The notes under the pieces: model-generated
Told to the model about the DNA's origin: nothing
Databases searched by the model: none
Seen by the model: the letters and a program-made list of their open reading frames with translations, nothing else
Part shown: piece after piece, positions 1 through 8,429 of the stretch
How the letters are laid out: each line of letters starts with the position of its first letter
How positions within the stretch are numbered: the stretch's first letter is position 1
Translations under genes and position numbers: made by a program
Origin: Pseudoalteromonas tetraodonis
GTDB taxonomy: Bacteria > Pseudomonadota > Gammaproteobacteria > Enterobacterales > Alteromonadaceae
DNA: 32,000 nt
Direction of reading: 5' to 3'
NCBI RefSeq assembly: GCF_002310835.1
Contig: NZ_CP011041.1
Span: 1,980,001-2,012,000, forward strand

Positions 1-496
1 GTGCAGTGCCCGATGGCGCATCAATTTTATGACGATGATGTGCTTCAAAAATTTCTATATCTAAATCATCGCCTAGTTTTGTCGCTGCCGTTTGCACTAA
101 GTTAAGCAGTAAATTTACGCCCACGCTATAATTACGCGCAAATACAATCGGAATATGTTTAGCGGCATCCGTTAATAGCGCCATATCGTCATGAGTTAAG
201 CCGGTGGTGCCAATTACCATAGGTGTTTTTTGCTCAACGGCTGTTTTTAAATGATTTCTCATGCCTTCAGGCAAAGTAAAGTCTATAAGCACATCTACAT
301 TTTCAACCTGCTGTTCACTGCTAAACTTAATCTCTTTTGCCGCTGCGCTATTAAGCTGATTAACGGGCAGGTCTAATAACGGTGACTGACTGCGCACATA
401 GGCCGCCGCTAATTGTGAATTTTTATTGATTGTTGCTGCTTCTACAAGTGCCAGTCCCATACGGCCATTCGCACCAAACACACCTACTCGATTCAT
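1..496 (-). CDS. dapB: 4-hydroxy-tetrahydrodipicolinate reductase, N-terminal ~165 codons; the 3' end runs off the window
   Basis: This gene is not in the ORF track because it is open at the window edge. Reverse-strand translation from the ATG (complement of cat at 494-496) gives MNRVGVFGANGRMGLALVEAA...VLIDFTLPEG...PMVIGTTGL...IPIVFARNYSVGVNLL...IEIFEAHHRHKIDAPSGTA. That shows the N-terminal GxxGxxG fold plus the EAHHRxKxDAPSGTA DapB signature. Confidence 0.85.
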   Translation of the reverse strand, partial: MNRVGVFGANGRMGLALVEAATINKNSQLAAAYVRSQSPLLDLPVNQLNSAAAKEIKFSSEQQVENVDVLIDFTLPEGMRNHLKTAVEQKTPMVIGTTGLTHDDMALLTDAAKHIPIVFARNYSVGVNLLLNLVQTAATKLGDDLDIEIFEAHHRHKIDAPSGTA

Positions 497-590
497 CTTT
501 TTACAACCTATGTATTTTTTAGTTAGCTAGATTTTATCTAAAACTCATGTAATAGTCAGGAAAGCTTATAAAAAAGCTTCGATTATTTTA

Positions 591-854
591 GGGTCTGTTG
601 ACCTTTGCGGATTAAAATTTGTTCAAACTAGGAGCGATTTAATCGTGGCGCGAGGTTTGTAACCTAGTGGGCTAAGTAAAAACCGAGCAACAAAGAGTAA
701 ATCGCCCCTAGGCAGAACCCTTCGGGCAGCGCCTGTTTGGCATTGATGCTGAGTTATCGCCTATTTATGGGGAACAACCACACCACATAGGCTCTGCCTT
801 GCCTAAATACCAAACAGACTGCTGCAAATTTAACCTTGAAAGATCAACAGACCC
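591..854. repeat. Imperfect-palindromic intergenic repeat element (MITE/ERIC/BOX-like), long mosaic variant, copy 1 of 4
   Basis: Terminal inverted repeats are gggtctgttgac (591-602) and tcaacagaccc (844-854). The 29-nt block 604-632 is identical to 7296-7324. An internal stem pairs ctaggagcgattta (628-641) with taaatcgcccctag (698-711). The 34-nt core 652-685 matches 7344-7377 at 31/34, 25507-25540 at 30/34 and 8470-8503 at 26/34 (hand alignment). It carries about 93 nt extra (747-839) relative to copy 2. Confidence 0.8.
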
Positions 855-1064
855 TCATAATAATAACAGATAGTCTTTGCATTTAGCCATCTATACATTT
901 AAACTTCTTTTTTTGCGCCGATTTGGTCTTTGGCTTGCGGGCGCTGTTGGATTACTTATCTGGTTAGATAGTAAAACAAACAACTAAATTCAGCTAAAAG
1001 AGGGATGCTTTGGCTGTTTAATATATCAATCGACTTCGATTGCTATGAATAATTAACGAGGATT

Positions 1065-2381
1065 ATGATGCAGCCATCATTTGATAAAAATAAAGCAAGA
1101 TTTTCTTTGCTTCCCCTACTCACCTTTGTTGCTATTTTTTTAGGCTCAGGCTTATATTTACAATCTCAAGGGGTTGATTACGCGTTTTATCAACTCCCAG
1201 CACCAGTCGCTATTTTACCCGCGATTGTTTTAGCCTTTATTTTAAATAAAACCAACATCAACCAAAGCGTAGAAACCTTTATAAAGGGCGTAGGTAATAA
1301 CAATATTATTACCATGTGTCTTATTTACTTACTAGCGGGTGCTTTTTCGGCGGTTGCTGGTGCTACCGGCGGTGTAGATGCGGTTGTTAATGCCGGACTT
1401 TCACTTATTCCCCCTTCGTTACTACTACCTGGTTTGTTTTTAATAGCGGCGGTTATTTCTACTGCTATGGGCACATCAATGGGAACTATTGGTGCTATTG
1501 GCCCAATTGCCTATGCAGTATCTATTAAAACAGGAATTGATCCTGCTTTAATGGCCGGTACCATTGTATCTGGTGCTATGTTTGGTGATAACTTATCAAT
1601 AATTTCTGACACCACGATTGCTGCTACGCGTACGCAAGGCTGTGAAATGAAAGATAAGTTTAAAGAAAACCTTAAAATTGCTGTTCCGGCCGCCATACTC
1701 ACTATTGCATTGCTATTATTTTTAACGCCTGCAGCACAAGTAGTTGATACCAAAGACTACGATATTTTATTAGTACTTCCTTATGCCTTTATTTTAGTCC
1801 TGGCGGTAATGGGCTTTAATGTGTTTGTAGTGCTGTTAAGCGGTATTGTGTTTGCCGCATTAATGGGCTTTACCGGCAGCTATGAAGGTGCAAGCTTTGT
1901 AAAAGATATTTACAAAGGCTTTAGTGAAATGCAGGAAATATTTTTACTGTCTATGTTTATTGGTGGCCTCTCTGAGTTTATTCGTATTAATGGCGGCCTC
2001 GACTATATCGCTCAAAAAATTCAAGCTATTACTAAAGTTATTGCCAAATGGCACCGTAAAGTAGCCGATCAGTTAGGGATCGCGGCATTAGTTGTAACCA
2101 GTAATATGTGTATTGCCAATAATACCGTGTCTATTATTGTGACAGGCCCTATTGCTAAAAAACTGGCTGATGATGGCGAAATTAGTGGTAAACGTTCTGC
2201 CAGTTTATTAGATATTTTTGCCTGTGTTACCCAAGGGTCTTTACCTTATGGCGCGCAAGCATTATTACTCGGTGCTACATTTAAAATTAGCCCGTGGGAT
2301 GTTTCAACCTCATCTTACTACTGCTTTATTTTAGCCTTTACTGCTATTGCTGTTATTTGTTTGCGCCGCAATAAAGCATAA
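1065..2381 (+). CDS. NhaC-family Na+/H+ antiporter (polytopic membrane transporter)
   Basis: The 438-aa ORF is very hydrophobic with about 11-12 predicted TM segments. Motifs MGTSMGTIGAIGP and FGDNLSIISDTTIAATR are typical of the NhaC / Na_H_antiporter C-terminal family. The GAGGA at 1058-1062 favours the second ATG (1068) as the true start. Confidence 0.8.
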   Translation: MMQPSFDKNKARFSLLPLLTFVAIFLGSGLYLQSQGVDYAFYQLPAPVAILPAIVLAFILNKTNINQSVETFIKGVGNNNIITMCLIYLLAGAFSAVAGATGGVDAVVNAGLSLIPPSLLLPGLFLIAAVISTAMGTSMGTIGAIGPIAYAVSIKTGIDPALMAGTIVSGAMFGDNLSIISDTTIAATRTQGCEMKDKFKENLKIAVPAAILTIALLLFLTPAAQVVDTKDYDILLVLPYAFILVLAVMGFNVFVVLLSGIVFAALMGFTGSYEGASFVKDIYKGFSEMQEIFLLSMFIGGLSEFIRINGGLDYIAQKIQAITKVIAKWHRKVADQLGIAALVVTSNMCIANNTVSIIVTGPIAKKLADDGEISGKRSASLLDIFACVTQGSLPYGAQALLLGATFKISPWDVSTSSYYCFILAFTAIAVICLRRNKA

Positions 2382-2392
2382 TCTCCCTTTTT

Positions 2393-2427
2393 ACAGTGTA
2401 TTAGCTGCGTGCTAATGCACTGTTTAT
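2393..2427 (+). terminator. Probable intrinsic terminator or stabilising hairpin after the NhaC-family gene
   Basis: A 13-bp stem pairs acagtgtattagc (2393-2405) with gctaatgcactgt (2411-2423), including one G-U pair. The loop is tgcgt and the short U tract is tttat. It lies 12 nt after the stop codon. Confidence 0.45.
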
Positions 2428-2439
2428 CACAATAAATAA

Positions 2440-2467
2440 TTAACAAATTAACCGTGTTTGCTATAAT
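2440..2467 (+). promoter_or_regulatory. Sigma-70-type promoter candidate for the Tsx-like porin gene
   Basis: TTAACA (2440-2445), a 16-nt spacer, then TATAAT (2462-2467) with an extended -10 TG (tgcTATAAT). It is followed by the inverted repeat atgtga-N9-tcacat (2466-2488). Confidence 0.45.
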
Positions 2468-2493
2468 GTGATATTCAGCGTGTCACATAAAAT

Positions 2494-3288
2494 ATGGTTA
2501 TGAAAATTAAAAACTTACTTCCTCTCGTTGCACTAAGTGCGTGTGCATTAAGTTCAACAGCTACCGCTGCTAATTGGAGCAATACGGCGCTTCATATTAA
2601 TAACGGCAACCACAAAAACCCATTTACTGAACAAAAATCTAATACCACGGTGTACTCAATTGAGCATGCTTCTGGGCATGATTATGGCGATAACTTTTTC
2701 TTTATTGATTACAGTACCGACAGCAACGATGATGGCTTTCAAGATCAAGACTTTTACTTTGAAGGTTACTCTACCCTTAGTTTATCTGCGGTAATGGACG
2801 AAAAAGTAGCGTCAGGGGCGCTTGTTGATGTTGGCCTAACCATGGGTATTAATGCTGCAGGCGATGCCAAAGTAGTTAAATATTTACCAGGCGTAAAATT
2901 AAGCTGGGATGTGCCTGGTTTTAATTTCTTTTCAACCCTTATCAGTGCATACATTGATGATAGCGAAGGCGTTGCAAAAGGCGGTGCACCCATTGAAACT
3001 AACAGCTGGATGTTTGATGTAGCCTTTGATTACCCGTTCATGATTGGCTCGCAAAAGTTTAACGTAAAAGGACATGCAGAGTACATTGCTGAACGAAAAG
3101 ATGAGTTTGGTAACGATGTGCGTGCTTGGTTTTTAGCCCAACCTATTATTGTATGGGATATGGGACATGCGCTAGAAATGAAAGAAAATACCTTACTGTT
3201 AGGTATGGAATGGCAATACTGGCACAATAAATTTGGTACTGATGTTAGTGAATCAGTACCGCAAGTTCATTTAGAGTGGACTTTCTAA
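2494..3288 (+). CDS. Tsx/OmpK-family outer-membrane channel (nucleoside-specific-channel-like beta-barrel)
   Basis: It has a signal peptide (MKIKNLLPLVALSACALSSTATA/ANW) and alternating aromatic/hydrophilic beta-strand patterns. It contains an YGDNFFFIDY...FYFEGY motif reminiscent of Tsx, and a C-terminal ...HLEWTF ending in Phe as in OMP barrels. An alternative start is at 2500. Confidence 0.6.
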   Translation: MVMKIKNLLPLVALSACALSSTATAANWSNTALHINNGNHKNPFTEQKSNTTVYSIEHASGHDYGDNFFFIDYSTDSNDDGFQDQDFYFEGYSTLSLSAVMDEKVASGALVDVGLTMGINAAGDAKVVKYLPGVKLSWDVPGFNFFSTLISAYIDDSEGVAKGGAPIETNSWMFDVAFDYPFMIGSQKFNVKGHAEYIAERKDEFGNDVRAWFLAQPIIVWDMGHALEMKENTLLLGMEWQYWHNKFGTDVSESVPQVHLEWTF

Positions 3289-3320
3289 TATATAATTGAA
3301 TGTTTTAATTATAAAAAATA

Positions 3321-3347
3321 AAACCTGTCATTAGACAGGTTTTTTTA
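3321..3347. terminator. Bidirectional intrinsic terminator between convergent genes
   Basis: The stem pairs aaacctgtc (3321-3329) with gacaggttt (3334-3342) around the loop atta. It has an A-run upstream and a T-run downstream. It sits between the porin stop (3288) and the M48 stop (3355). Confidence 0.75.
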
Positions 3348-3354
3348 TGGCTGA

Positions 3355-4152
3355 TCACAACTTACACTGCGGATTTTTACCTTGTGCTTTAGCTGTTTTT
3401 TGCTCGCTAAGCGCTTTACTCATTTGCGATTGTAAATTTGCAATACGGCTCGTTGGTGCTGGGTGAGTTGATAAAAACTCTGGCGTAGCCCCACTGCCCG
3501 CTTGGCTCATATTTTGCCAAAGTGTTACAGACTCTTTGGGATTAAACCCTGCTTGCGCCATAAGATCTAAACCAATTGTATCTGCCTCTGACTCATGTGA
3601 GCGACTAAAGGGTAAAACCACACCATATTGAGCGCCTAAACCAAGGCCTTGCATAATTTCATTACGGTATTGCACGTTACCCATTTCAAGCGCCGCATTG
3701 CCCAGCTGCATACCCGTTTGTAAAATAGAACTTTGTGAGACCCGTTCATTTGAATGCTCAGCAATCACGTGTCCAACTTCATGACCTAAAACAGTGGCAA
3801 CCTGATCTTGATTTGTGGCTATTTTTAAGAGCCCCGTATGTACACCAATATAACCGCCAGGCAATGCAAAGGCGTTTGCAGATTCATCTTCAAATACCAC
3901 CACTTCCCAATTTTGAGATGCATATTCTGTAGGAAGCACGGCCACTACTTTTTCAGCAATGCAATTGACGTAACTGTTTACTTTTGGATCTTTATTTATC
4001 GGCTGCGTTTTTTTCATCTCTGCAAAACTGGCAGTACCCATTTGAGTCATTTGTTGATCTGAGTAAAGCGCAATTTGCGTTCGCCCAGTTGGTGATGTTT
4101 TACAACCTGCTAATACTGCACTGGCTAGAACTACCAAAACCAATTTTTTCAT
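3355..4152 (-). CDS. M48-family zinc metallopeptidase, lipoprotein (LoiP/YcaL-like)
   Basis: The 265-aa ORF has a lipobox signal peptide (MKKLVLVVLASAVLAGC) and an HExxH zinc site (GHEVGHVIAEH). It also has the downstream SRSHESEAD glutamate typical of M48. Confidence 0.85.
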   Translation of the reverse strand: MKKLVLVVLASAVLAGCKTSPTGRTQIALYSDQQMTQMGTASFAEMKKTQPINKDPKVNSYVNCIAEKVVAVLPTEYASQNWEVVVFEDESANAFALPGGYIGVHTGLLKIATNQDQVATVLGHEVGHVIAEHSNERVSQSSILQTGMQLGNAALEMGNVQYRNEIMQGLGLGAQYGVVLPFSRSHESEADTIGLDLMAQAGFNPKESVTLWQNMSQAGSGATPEFLSTHPAPTSRIANLQSQMSKALSEQKTAKAQGKNPQCKL

Positions 4153-4322
4153 TGTGTTACCCTAAAAAAGTTTGTTACTAAGTATAGAATAGCAAACGCG
4201 GTGTTAGTTTAAAATCTTTGCTTTTTGCAATTAAACAATTAAGTTAGCAGGCAAACTAAGTTTATCCAAGGCTATTGCCCTGCTATAATGCTGGGCCTAT
4301 ATTCGTTGTTTTGAGTTTTTAA

Positions 4323-5522
4323 ATGAGCGCTTCGGCTTCTTCTTTTAATACCCGTATTTTATTGCCTTTATTAGCCAGTATTGTCGCGATCACGCCTTTA
4401 GCCATTGATATGTATTTACCGGCGATGCTGGTGATTGCCAATGATCTCAATACCAGCATGCCAAATGTTCAAATATCGTTGAGTATATACTTAGCGGGTT
4501 ATGCATTGGGCATGTTATTTTTTGGCCCCATAGCCGATCAAATTGGCAGGCGTAAACTGGCACGGATAGGTCTCAGTTTATTTGGCTTAAGTTCACTGGC
4601 GTTAGCATTTACCACTGAAGTGCATACTTTTTGGCTGTTAAGAGCTGTACAGGCATTTACAGGCGCGGCCGCTACGGTTGTCGTCCCTGGGATCATTAGG
4701 CATATATATCAAAAAAATACTGCTAAAGGTATGTCTTACGTGTCTATGATTATGATGATAGCACCGTTACTTGCCCCCTCTATCGGCTCGGTCATTTTAG
4801 GCTTTTCGGTATGGTCGACTATTTTTATTGTTTTAGCGACCTATAGCTTTGTTATTTTACTTTTTGTGCAACGTTACTTAATCGATATTCCAATATTTAA
4901 AAATGAGCGAAAAGGATTAGCATTATTCTTCTCAAGTTATAAAGTGGTATTAAGTAATACGCACGCCCGCGCCGATATTTTAAGCTCGATGTTTGTGTCG
5001 TTTGGCTTTTTTTGCTTTTTAACGTCCGTCCCTTATATTTACCTCGACCTATTTAAAGTATCAGAACAATTGTTTGGCCTGTTATTCGCTTTTAATGTAA
5101 TGGCGTTGATGTTTGGTAATTTTTTAAATACTCGCGTAGTGCCACGTATTGGCTCACGCAAAATGCTTTATTATGGCTTAATGTGTGGCTTTATCTCTGG
5201 CGCAGCATTACTTAGCTTTAGCGTATTAAACTTGTCACTTTACTTTATTGTTGCGGCTATTGCTCCGTTGATGATGAGCCTAGGTATAATAGCAAGTAAC
5301 GCAGATTCATTGATTTTGATGAAATTTGAGCAAAATACAGGGACTGCAACGGCGGTTATTGGCACCTTACGTTTTGGTAGTGGCGCATTAGTAGGCCCTA
5401 TATTAGCGGTAATGCATGCACAAAGTGCAGTTCCATTTTCAAGTTTAATGTTCAGCGCAGTTGTACTCACTATCCTAGTGCAGTTAGTTCATTATTTTAA
5501 AGACAAAAAAAATGCCTCATAA
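4323..5522 (+). CDS. Bcr/CflA-family MFS multidrug efflux transporter
   Basis: The 399-aa ORF has about 12 TM segments. The N-terminal LAIDMYLPAM and the GPIADQIGRRK motif (MFS motif A) are characteristic of the Bcr/CflA subfamily. Confidence 0.85.
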   Translation: MSASASSFNTRILLPLLASIVAITPLAIDMYLPAMLVIANDLNTSMPNVQISLSIYLAGYALGMLFFGPIADQIGRRKLARIGLSLFGLSSLALAFTTEVHTFWLLRAVQAFTGAAATVVVPGIIRHIYQKNTAKGMSYVSMIMMIAPLLAPSIGSVILGFSVWSTIFIVLATYSFVILLFVQRYLIDIPIFKNERKGLALFFSSYKVVLSNTHARADILSSMFVSFGFFCFLTSVPYIYLDLFKVSEQLFGLLFAFNVMALMFGNFLNTRVVPRIGSRKMLYYGLMCGFISGAALLSFSVLNLSLYFIVAAIAPLMMSLGIIASNADSLILMKFEQNTGTATAVIGTLRFGSGALVGPILAVMHAQSAVPFSSLMFSAVVLTILVQLVHYFKDKKNAS

Positions 5523-5535
5523 TGAGGCATTTTTT
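5504..5535. terminator. Bidirectional intrinsic terminator (MFS pump / grpE)
   Basis: The sequence aaaaaaaATGCCTCAtaaTGAGGCATttttt has a stem that includes the MFS stop codon. A-run and T-run flanks allow it to serve both convergent genes. Confidence 0.7.
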
Positions 5536-5549
5536 AATTGTATACTTAA

Positions 5550-6161
5550 TTAAGCATCAGCTGCTTTAGATACCATAACCATTGCAGGACGTAATAAACG
5601 ACCGTTTAATGTGTAACCTTTTTGCATTACTGCTAACACAGTATTAGGCGTCACATCATTACTTGGCTGAATCGACATTGCTTGATGAAAATCTGGGTTA
5701 AACTGCTCACCTTGTGGGTTTACAATTTCAACGCCAAATTTAGCCACTGCATCGTTAAAGCTTTTTACTGTCATATCAATACCTTCTAACAAAGGCTTAA
5801 GCGTTTCATTTTCTTTATCAGAGAACTCAATAGCACGCTCTAAGTTGTCTATAACAGGAAGTAATTCGTTAGCAAATTTTTCAAGTGCAAATTTGTGCGC
5901 TTTCTCAACATCTTGTGCAGCACGACGACGCATATTGTCAACGTCAGCAGCAGCGCGAACGACGCTATCTTTTTGATCTGCAATAGTTTGTTTTGCCGCT
6001 TCTAACTCAGCATATAACATTGCAATTTCTGCTTCAGGGCTTTGCTCTTGCTCGGCGTGTTGTTCTGCTGCTTCTACTGCAGCCTCAACGTCGGCTTCCA
6101 TTTGCGCCACTTCTTCGTTCAATTCTACTTCTTGCTCTGGGTTTTGTGTCTGCTCAGACAT
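5550..6161 (-). CDS. grpE: Nucleotide exchange factor GrpE
   Basis: The 203-aa ORF has an acidic N-terminus. The central segment [33 protein letters not shown] and the C-terminal [21 protein letters not shown] match the GrpE family closely. Confidence 0.95.
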   Translation of the reverse strand: MSEQTQNPEQEVELNEEVAQMEADVEAAVEAAEQHAEQEQSPEAEIAMLYAELEAAKQTIADQKDSVVRAAADVDNMRRRAAQDVEKAHKFALEKFANELLPVIDNLERAIEFSDKENETLKPLLEGIDMTVKSFNDAVAKFGVEIVNPQGEQFNPDFHQAMSIQPSNDVTPNTVLAVMQKGYTLNGRLLRPAMVMVSKAADA

Positions 6162-6195
6162 AAAATATACGCTCCAATTCTTTACAACTGCGGTA

Positions 6196-6224
6196 ATTAT
6201 GGGGATTGAATAAAAAGATTCAAG
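6196..6224 (-). promoter_or_regulatory. Sigma-32 (RpoH) heat-shock promoter for grpE
   Basis: The minus strand reads CTTGAA (6224-6219), a 14-nt spacer, then CCCCATAAT (6204-6196). The consensus is CTTGAA-N13-15-CCCCATNT. The -35 hexamer overlaps the hrcA TGA stop codon. The -10 element ends 34 nt upstream of the grpE ATG. Confidence 0.65.
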
Positions 6225-7185
6225 AGCCCGATGGCTCTAATAATTTAAATTCTTGGATTATTTTCTCTAATTGCGCTGATTTCGGACAAATAACACAAAA
6301 ACGACTTTGATATTCCTGATTTTGAAAGTACGGCACAGTGATCACAATGAGATCATCACAGGTGCTAAAAGGTAAGTTTTCAGCACTGAGAATTGAGACC
6401 CCATTTTTAAATGCGAGCTTATCTTCCACAAAATTTAAAAATGAAACACCAATATTAAGACTTTGCTCGCAATCTATTTTTTTATAAAGGTAGTTTTCGC
6501 CCACCACGATACTGTTATCTGAGCCTAATTTTTGGCTTAGTTCACGCGTCCATTGAGTTAAAGAGTCATGACAATTACGCGGTGCCGTATTTGCCATTGC
6601 CTGCATTCTGTATAGCCCTTCAATGAGCGTTTGCTGGCTAAATACAGTGTTAAGCCAAGTGGCAAACTCGTAGCGTTGGCCGTCACTAGGATCATCAGGC
6701 TTGTTAATGCAAATATTATGGCTTTGCCCTGCTCTGTCTAAAAGTAAGATAAGCCAGTTATTTGCGTCAAAGTCGAGTACTTCTACTCTAAATACCTGTT
6801 GAGTTCTAACTTGAGGTAGCCCCACACAACAGCATACTTGGTAACGTTGACTCAAGCCATGTGCCAATTCGACTAACTCAGCCTGCTCAGGTTGCCAGTA
6901 ATTAGCAATAGCATCCAAAGTAAAAAACTCATCAAACCAATACTCAAAGCCATCATTGGTAGGGACTCGCCCAGCAGATGTATGTGGTGAATACAATAAG
7001 CCTATTTTTTCAAGGCGTGCCATCGCGTTGCGAACAGTGGCAGAACACACCGCCATACCTTTTTGTTTTGCAATTTTTGTTGAAGGCACAGGTAAGCCAT
7101 CACCATTACAGTACAGGCTCATAACAGCGGCAAAAATTTGCTGGTCTCGAGGATTTAGTTTCATGTTATCTACATCTATACGCAT
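6220..7185 (-). CDS. hrcA: Heat-inducible transcription repressor HrcA-like protein
   Basis: The N-terminal winged-helix region ([16 protein letters not shown]...[44 protein letters not shown]) matches the HrcA signature (SxATIRNxMxxLExxGLLxxPHTSAGRxPT). It is adjacent to grpE, as in hrcA-grpE operons. The sigma-32 -10 element at 7193-7201 makes the internal ATG at 7164 (MKLNPRDQQ...) the more likely start. Confidence 0.8.
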   Translation of the reverse strand: MRIDVDNMKLNPRDQQIFAAVMSLYCNGDGLPVPSTKIAKQKGMAVCSATVRNAMARLEKIGLLYSPHTSAGRVPTNDGFEYWFDEFFTLDAIANYWQPEQAELVELAHGLSQRYQVCCCVGLPQVRTQQVFRVEVLDFDANNWLILLLDRAGQSHNICINKPDDPSDGQRYEFATWLNTVFSQQTLIEGLYRMQAMANTAPRNCHDSLTQWTRELSQKLGSDNSIVVGENYLYKKIDCEQSLNIGVSFLNFVEDKLAFKNGVSILSAENLPFSTCDDLIVITVPYFQNQEYQSRFCVICPKSAQLEKIIQEFKLLEPSGS

Positions 7186-7192
7186 GACTGTT

Positions 7193-7221
7193 ATATCGGG
7201 GCTAGGTATTATTATTTCAAG
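7193..7221 (-). promoter_or_regulatory. Sigma-32-like promoter for hrcA
   Basis: The minus strand reads CTTGAA (7221-7216), a 14-nt spacer, then CCCCGATAT (7201-7193). Confidence 0.5.
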
Positions 7222-7284
7222 TATAAGAAATTTAATAAATCTAAATTTTACAGTGAATTAATTAAATCAATTAGTCACTATTAA

Positions 7285-7453
7285 GCTCTGTTATTTTTGC
7301 GGATTAAAATTTGTTCAAACTAGGGGCGATTTAATCGCGATACGAGGTTTATAACCTAGTGGCCTAAGTGAAAACCGAATAACAAAAAGTTAATCGCCTC
7401 TAGTCAAAACCCTTCAGTCAGTGTCTGTTTCGCATTGAAAGGCCAACAGACCC
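7285..7453. repeat. Imperfect-palindromic intergenic repeat element, short variant, copy 2 of 4
   Basis: It is collinear with 591-746 plus 840-854. It has the same left block (7296-7324), the stem ctaggggcgattta / ttaatcgcctctag, the core 7344-7377 and the right terminus ggccaacagaccc (7441-7453). Confidence 0.8.
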
Positions 7454-7524
7454 TAAGATCTGTGTTTTCAAACACTTCTGTTTTAGGTTACTCTACTAAT
7501 ACCGAAACTTTCAGTGTATATATT

Positions 7525-8409
7525 ATGGACTCTCCCTTTAACACTATTGGCTTGATTGGTAAGCCAAATCATCCTAATGCAGCCGCTACGTTACAACGAT
7601 TACATACGTTTTTATTAGCTTTAGGCTTTGAGGTGATTGTTGAAAAACGCACGGGAGGTCAACTTAGTGATGTACCTGAGGACAAGCTCGTAAAACTCGT
7701 TGATTTGGGAGCGCGCGCCGATTTAGCCATTGTGGTTGGTGGTGATGGCAATATGCTTGGCGCTGCAAGAGTACTCGCTCGTTTTGATATTGCGGTAATC
7801 GGTGTAAACAGAGGCAATTTAGGCTTTTTAACCGATTTAAATCCAGAAGGATTTGAAGGCAGTTTAGAACAAGTACTCAGTGGCGATTACATTGAAGAAA
7901 AACGTTTTTTATTAGAAGTAGAAGTGTACCGTCATAACGAACTTAAAAGCGCTAATTCGGCAGTAAACGAAGCGGTGCTTCATGCTGATAAAGTAGCACA
8001 CATGATTGAGTTTGAAGCATTTATTAACGATGATTTTGTATTCTCACAACGCTCTGATGGGTTAATTGTATCGACTCCAACAGGTTCAACTGCCTACTCT
8101 TTATCGGGCGGCGGCCCTATTTTAACCCCAGAACTCAACGCCATGTCATTGGTTCCTATGTTCCCGCATACTTTATCAAGCCGCCCTTTAGTGGTAGATG
8201 CCGATAACGAAGTACGTTTAAAGCTTAGTTTAGAAAATACCGATAGCTTACAGGTAAGTTGCGACAGCCATGTTGTACTTGCCGTATTACCCGGTGATGA
8301 GGTCGTTATTCGCAAAGCAGATAGAAAATTACGATTAATTCACCCAAAAAATTACTCTTATTATAATGTGCTTCGTAAGAAGTTAAACTGGGGTAGCCGT
8401 TTATACTAA
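7525..8409 (+). CDS. nadK: NAD(+) kinase
   Basis: The sequence [20 protein letters not shown]...[17 protein letters not shown]...[12 protein letters not shown]...[17 protein letters not shown] contains the GGDG and NAD-kinase motifs. The N-terminus aligns with enterobacterial NadK. The ORF-track TTG start at 7435 lies inside repeat copy 2 and is rejected. Confidence 0.9.
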   Translation: MDSPFNTIGLIGKPNHPNAAATLQRLHTFLLALGFEVIVEKRTGGQLSDVPEDKLVKLVDLGARADLAIVVGGDGNMLGAARVLARFDIAVIGVNRGNLGFLTDLNPEGFEGSLEQVLSGDYIEEKRFLLEVEVYRHNELKSANSAVNEAVLHADKVAHMIEFEAFINDDFVFSQRSDGLIVSTPTGSTAYSLSGGGPILTPELNAMSLVPMFPHTLSSRPLVVDADNEVRLKLSLENTDSLQVSCDSHVVLAVLPGDEVVIRKADRKLRLIHPKNYSYYNVLRKKLNWGSRLY

Positions 8410-8429
8410 AAACGGTTGAGCTTTTAGGA

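Noticed and set aside
2467-2487. A CRP site at the porin promoter (TGTGA...TCACA).
   Set aside because: The pentamers are separated by 11 nt rather than the canonical 6 nt, so it does not fit a CRP dimer site.
7186-7290. A search for a CIRCE operator (TTAGCACTC-N9-GAGTGCTAA) upstream of hrcA. The nearest candidate is the weak inverted repeat agtgactaatt...aattaattcact.
   Set aside because: Only the AGTGA/TCACT pentamers pair, the spacing and flanks do not fit CIRCE, and the region is AT-rich. It was not called as a feature.
7435-7524. The ORF-track N-terminal extension of nadK (TTG start, [30 protein letters not shown]).
   Set aside because: It starts inside repeat copy 2 and uses TTG. Homologous NadK proteins begin at the position of [14 protein letters not shown] (ATG 7525).
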